From the NCBI GenBank assembly GCA_965221695.1, contig OZ244905.1, positions 1,088,001-1,152,000 of the forward strand: a DNA stretch of 64,000 bases, given 5' to 3'. The stretch comes from Gammaproteobacteria bacterium. Lineage in GTDB: Bacteria; Pseudomonadota; Gammaproteobacteria; Eutrophobiales; Eutrophobiaceae. Shown here piece after piece: positions 60,494 to 64,000 of the stretch; position 1 is the first letter of the stretch; every line of letters begins with the position of its first letter. The translations under genes were made by a program, and so were the position numbers. The notes beneath the pieces are model-generated. The model was given only the letters and a program-made list of their open reading frames with translations, was not told the origin of the DNA and ran no database searches.

Positions 60494-60717
60494 CAGGAGC
60501 GCCCCTTGAGGACCATGCTGACCGAGGCATAGGTCGACACACAGTAGGGAACGCAATAGGTCAACAGGATCTTGAACCCGTCGCCAGCCGCCAAGGTTCC
60601 TGCCAGGATACGGTCGAAATAATTGATCAGTACCAGGATAGTTCCCACTAACGCACAAACCTTAAGCGAACTGATGACAATGTCAGCGCGCGCGGCGATT
60701 GAAAACCAGCGCTTCAT
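60493..60717 (-). CDS. NrtS-like small membrane protein
   Basis: SLKVCALVGTILVLIN..KILLTYCVPYCVSTY; abuts tag. Confidence 0.75.
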   Translation of the reverse strand: MKRWFSIAARADIVISSLKVCALVGTILVLINYFDRILAGTLAAGDGFKILLTYCVPYCVSTYASVSMVLKGRS

Positions 60718-60718
60718 G

Positions 60719-61888
60719 TCAGCGTATCTCGCGCACGTATTTTCTGCCCAGTTGCTGCACGGACGGGCAACCGACCAACGCCATGTTGCGACGGATCTCA
60801 TTGTTCAGCAACGCCAGGGCGCGGTCTACCCCGGCTTCACCCCCGGCCCCCAGGCCGAACAGGTAGGCGCGCCCGACCATCACCGCGTGCGCGCCGAGGC
60901 ACAGCGCCTTAAGCACATCGACGCCGCGGCGCACGCCGCCGTCCAGAATAATCTCCACCTTATCGCCCAGCGCATCGACCACTTCAGGCAATACGCTGAT
61001 GGGTGACGGCGCATGGTCGAGCTGGCGCCCGCCGTGGTTGGACAGGATCAACGCGGAGACACCCGTCTCCAACGCACGTTGGGCATCGCCGGCGGTGAGA
61101 ATACCCTTGATCGCAAACGGGCCGCCCCATTCTTCGATCATCCAGGCCATGTCATCCCAGGTAACTGTCGGGTCAAACTGCGAGGCGGTGTATTCAATCA
61201 CGGAGAACAGGTTCTGTGATGCGCCGGCATATGAAACCACATTTTCCAGTCTTATACGCGGGCTGGTCAGGAACTGCAAGAGCCAGTCCGGGTGCATCAT
61301 CGTGTCGATAATATTCGACAGCCTGAGCTGCGGCGGCACGGTAAACCCGTTCTTCAGGTCGCGTTCCCGCTGGCCGGTCAGGGGCAGGTCCACGGTGAGG
61401 CACAGGGCTGTATAGCCGTTCGCCTTGGCGCGCTGGATAAAATCTTTCAAGATGCCGCGATCGCGCCAGACGTACAGTTGCAACATCTTCGGCCCTGTGC
61501 CGATGCGGGCGATATCTTCAATCGAGACCGTCGCCATTGACGACAGGGAGTACAGGGTGCGGGCTTTTTCGGCCGCCCTGGCCACCGACCGCTCGCCGGT
61601 ATGGTGGAACAGCCTGGACATGCCAGTGGGCGCCAGGACATAGGGCACATCCAGGTCGGCGCCCAGCACCCGGGTGCGCAGGTCAATGTTCTCCACATCC
61701 ACCAGGAAATGCGGCAGCAACTCGTAACGGCCGAAGTCCGCCTGGTTTCGATACAGGGTGACCTCGTCCTCCGCGGCGCCATCCATATAATCGAATACGG
61801 CGCGCGGCAGACGGCGCCTGGCCGCCCGGCGCAAGTCAGCTATCGAGTGGCAACCGGATAATATCTTTCCGTTGATATAATCAAACAT
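60719..61888 (-). CDS. FMN-dependent alpha-hydroxy acid oxidase/dehydrogenase (LldD-like)
   Basis: FDYMDGAAEDE, APTG, LTVD, IKGIL, SNHGGRQLD, DGGVRRG. Confidence 0.94.
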   Translation of the reverse strand: MFDYINGKILSGCHSIADLRRAARRRLPRAVFDYMDGAAEDEVTLYRNQADFGRYELLPHFLVDVENIDLRTRVLGADLDVPYVLAPTGMSRLFHHTGERSVARAAEKARTLYSLSSMATVSIEDIARIGTGPKMLQLYVWRDRGILKDFIQRAKANGYTALCLTVDLPLTGQRERDLKNGFTVPPQLRLSNIIDTMMHPDWLLQFLTSPRIRLENVVSYAGASQNLFSVIEYTASQFDPTVTWDDMAWMIEEWGGPFAIKGILTAGDAQRALETGVSALILSNHGGRQLDHAPSPISVLPEVVDALGDKVEIILDGGVRRGVDVLKALCLGAHAVMVGRAYLFGLGAGGEAGVDRALALLNNEIRRNMALVGCPSVQQLGRKYVREIR

Positions 61889-62963
61889 CGGCAGGAATCG
61901 GTAATCCCTGGCGTAGCAGCATGTTCCGTAATTGCAGTATTACCGGAAAAATCTCCTGGTTCCAGTCGCCGCCCTGGCGGTCGAACGCAGCCTGTTCCAG
62001 CTCCACGATCCACCGGTCTTCGGCAAAAATCCCCTCGGTGAACCAGATCACGAATGGCCACAACAACTCCATCAGGCCCGGTATCGAAGGTCTGCGAATA
62101 TTCATCAAGCCAAACGTATGGTTGCGCCGCTGTTCCCGGTCCACCGGCACATAGGTAATCCACAGGTCCAGGGCCGGGCGCTCGCTGCCGGCGGTCCAGA
62201 ATTTAAGCCGCTGGTGGGGGTAGCAGGTACTCACGGTCATCAGGTCTTTGGGACGCTCGCTGGTCGGTGTAGAGCGCTTTCCCAGCATCACTTTCTCACC
62301 TATCGGTTGTTTGCCGACGCGCGAGAAAGTGTAATCGACCTCCACCCAATCATCGCCATGGCGCAAATCCAGAAAACCCGTGCGTATTCGGGACATGATG
62401 CGGCGGTGCAGAAACTGGTGGTTCATATCCATCAGATTTTCATGCAGGAATGAATAGTGGCAACCCACCTGCCGGTCCAGGTAACGGGTTTTGTATTTCG
62501 GGTCATGCCAGGTGGGCACATCCGGGAACGCGGCTGTAGCCGCCCTGGCAGGATCACCCGGAAAAACGAATATCAGCCCGTACTCTTCCCGGCATGGATA
62601 GGCGCGCACCCCCCTGGGCATGCGTTCACTATTGCCGACATAGGGTATGTTCACGCAACGGCCGGTGGCGTCATACACCCAGCCGTGGTAACAGCAATGC
62701 ACCTCTTCGCCGCAGACGCTGCCTTTCGACAGCGGCACCTGGCGGTGCGCGCAGCGATCTTCGAGCGCAAACAGCTTGCCGGATTCCGTTCTGATGAGAG
62801 CAATCGGTTCGCCGGCAAAGGTTTTGGCCGAGGTCTTGCCGGGCTTGACGTCGCGGCTGCGCGCCAGCGGGTACCAGTGATCGGGATGGGCGCCGGTACG
62901 GCGCAGGTCGGCGCCGCCGGTCTCCTCTACCCTGGCTGCGAGATTGATGTCAGTCACTGACAT
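61881..62963 (-). CDS. Rieske non-heme iron oxygenase alpha subunit (VanA-like)
   Basis: CAHR..CCYHGW Rieske motif; ENLMDMNHQFLH mononuclear Fe motif. Confidence 0.92.
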   Translation of the reverse strand: MSVTDINLAARVEETGGADLRRTGAHPDHWYPLARSRDVKPGKTSAKTFAGEPIALIRTESGKLFALEDRCAHRQVPLSKGSVCGEEVHCCYHGWVYDATGRCVNIPYVGNSERMPRGVRAYPCREEYGLIFVFPGDPARAATAAFPDVPTWHDPKYKTRYLDRQVGCHYSFLHENLMDMNHQFLHRRIMSRIRTGFLDLRHGDDWVEVDYTFSRVGKQPIGEKVMLGKRSTPTSERPKDLMTVSTCYPHQRLKFWTAGSERPALDLWITYVPVDREQRRNHTFGLMNIRRPSIPGLMELLWPFVIWFTEGIFAEDRWIVELEQAAFDRQGGDWNQEIFPVILQLRNMLLRQGLPIPADV

Positions 62964-62978
62964 GATAATTTTAAGTAG

Positions 62979-63884
62979 TTATCGTGTCAGGTCGCTGTAG
63001 AGAATTCGCAGGAATGTTTCGGGATTGATAAACCCCTTGCCCATCGTGTCGTCATAATCCGCGTTGGGCTGCATCTCGATGATCTGCTCCAGTGACTTGC
63101 CTTCTGCGATGAGGCTGTTCATGCGTGCCCGCACTGTTTCCAGCATCTCCAGGTAGCCTTGCAGGCCCTGTTTGTCGCCGAGCGGGCCATGTCCCGGAAT
63201 GATACGGGTGTTGTCCCCGACCAGGTCTATCAGAGTCTTGACGCTGCTGATCAGCCCGTCGATGGAACCGCCGGTTGATACGTCGATAAACGGATAGAAC
63301 CCGTTAAACCAGATATCGCCGGTGTGGATCACGTCGGCATTCACAAAATGAATAACACTGTCGCCGTCGGTATGGGAATTTTTGTAATGCACCGCGCGTA
63401 TTTGTTCCCCGTTCAGGCGGAAGGTCACGTTATCGTTAAAGGTTATGACCGGTAGCGCAGCTTTCGGAGAAGCCGGCACCACCTGCTTGAACGCGCCGAT
63501 TTCCGTATCCCTGGACATACGCTCGTAGACGTTGTCGTGCGCGACGATCAAGACGCCCTGTTTGCCCAGGTTCTCGTTGCCGCCGGTATGATCGTAATGC
63601 CAGTGGGTATTGACCACGAACCTGATGGGCCGATCCGACAAGGTTGCGATGGCGGCGGTGATTTTATCCGTCAGGGGAGCAAACTGATCATCGACTATGA
63701 ATACTCCGTCCTCGCCCACCGACACGCCGATGTTGCCTCCTTCGCCCACCAGCATGTAGATACCCTGCGCGACCTGGTGAGTCACAATCTCCACTGCGGC
63801 AAACCTGTCTTCCTCAGCATGCGCCCCAATGCCGAACACGACGGCCAGGATTGCCGGCAAGCAACTGAATAGCCTGTTATTCAT
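62979..63884 (-). CDS. Secreted MBL-fold metallo-hydrolase (cyclase-like)
   Basis: Signal peptide, GGNIGV, NTHWHYDHTGGN, HTDGD, IPGHG. Confidence 0.9.
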   Translation of the reverse strand: MNNRLFSCLPAILAVVFGIGAHAEEDRFAAVEIVTHQVAQGIYMLVGEGGNIGVSVGEDGVFIVDDQFAPLTDKITAAIATLSDRPIRFVVNTHWHYDHTGGNENLGKQGVLIVAHDNVYERMSRDTEIGAFKQVVPASPKAALPVITFNDNVTFRLNGEQIRAVHYKNSHTDGDSVIHFVNADVIHTGDIWFNGFYPFIDVSTGGSIDGLISSVKTLIDLVGDNTRIIPGHGPLGDKQGLQGYLEMLETVRARMNSLIAEGKSLEQIIEMQPNADYDDTMGKGFINPETFLRILYSDLTR

Positions 63885-64000
63885 TTCCAGCTCCGCAAAT
63901 CCAAAAGAGCAGTATACCTTAAGCTTGCCAATATCGAAAACAATCATCCGGGCAGTATGTTATAGTTGCCTGCCCGCAGATCTGATATGTGCAAAGAACG

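Overview
Chromosomal window of a GC-rich gammaproteobacterium. The very large FN3/He_PIG/cadherin adhesin is typical of marine invertebrate (sponge) symbionts, which is an inference. Bases 1-18695 hold a single minus-strand ORF missed by the ORF track because its stop lies beyond the window: a giant secreted adhesin of more than 6,200 aa. It contains at least 17 identical 279-bp He_PIG repeats, 5.5 mosaic 1182-bp four-domain repeats and two AT-rich unique domains. The rest is mostly core genome: tRNA-Leu-secG-tpiA-rluB-scpBA-trpS-yciO; yciB-bolA-dam; a purine catabolism cluster (deaminase, uraH, xdhABC, puuD); gmk-rpoZ-spoT-recG-ubiA; birA-coaX; cysH/cysB/TauE; ETF-QO; a DUF3450-TtpC-ExbB-ExbD-TonB-TPR operon; and DoxX, tag, an alpha-hydroxy acid oxidase, a Rieske oxygenase and an MBL hydrolase. 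Intergenic spaces carry three families of short dispersed palindromic elements. The most striking is a TTAA-flanked MITE built from a chain of hairpins with GGA loops, including exact matches to the CsrA SELEX consensus (RUACARGGAUGU). Other oddities: dam apparently starts at ATA, an 18-aa relic ORF couples xdhB to xdhC, and there are decayed SPOR and antitoxin genes.
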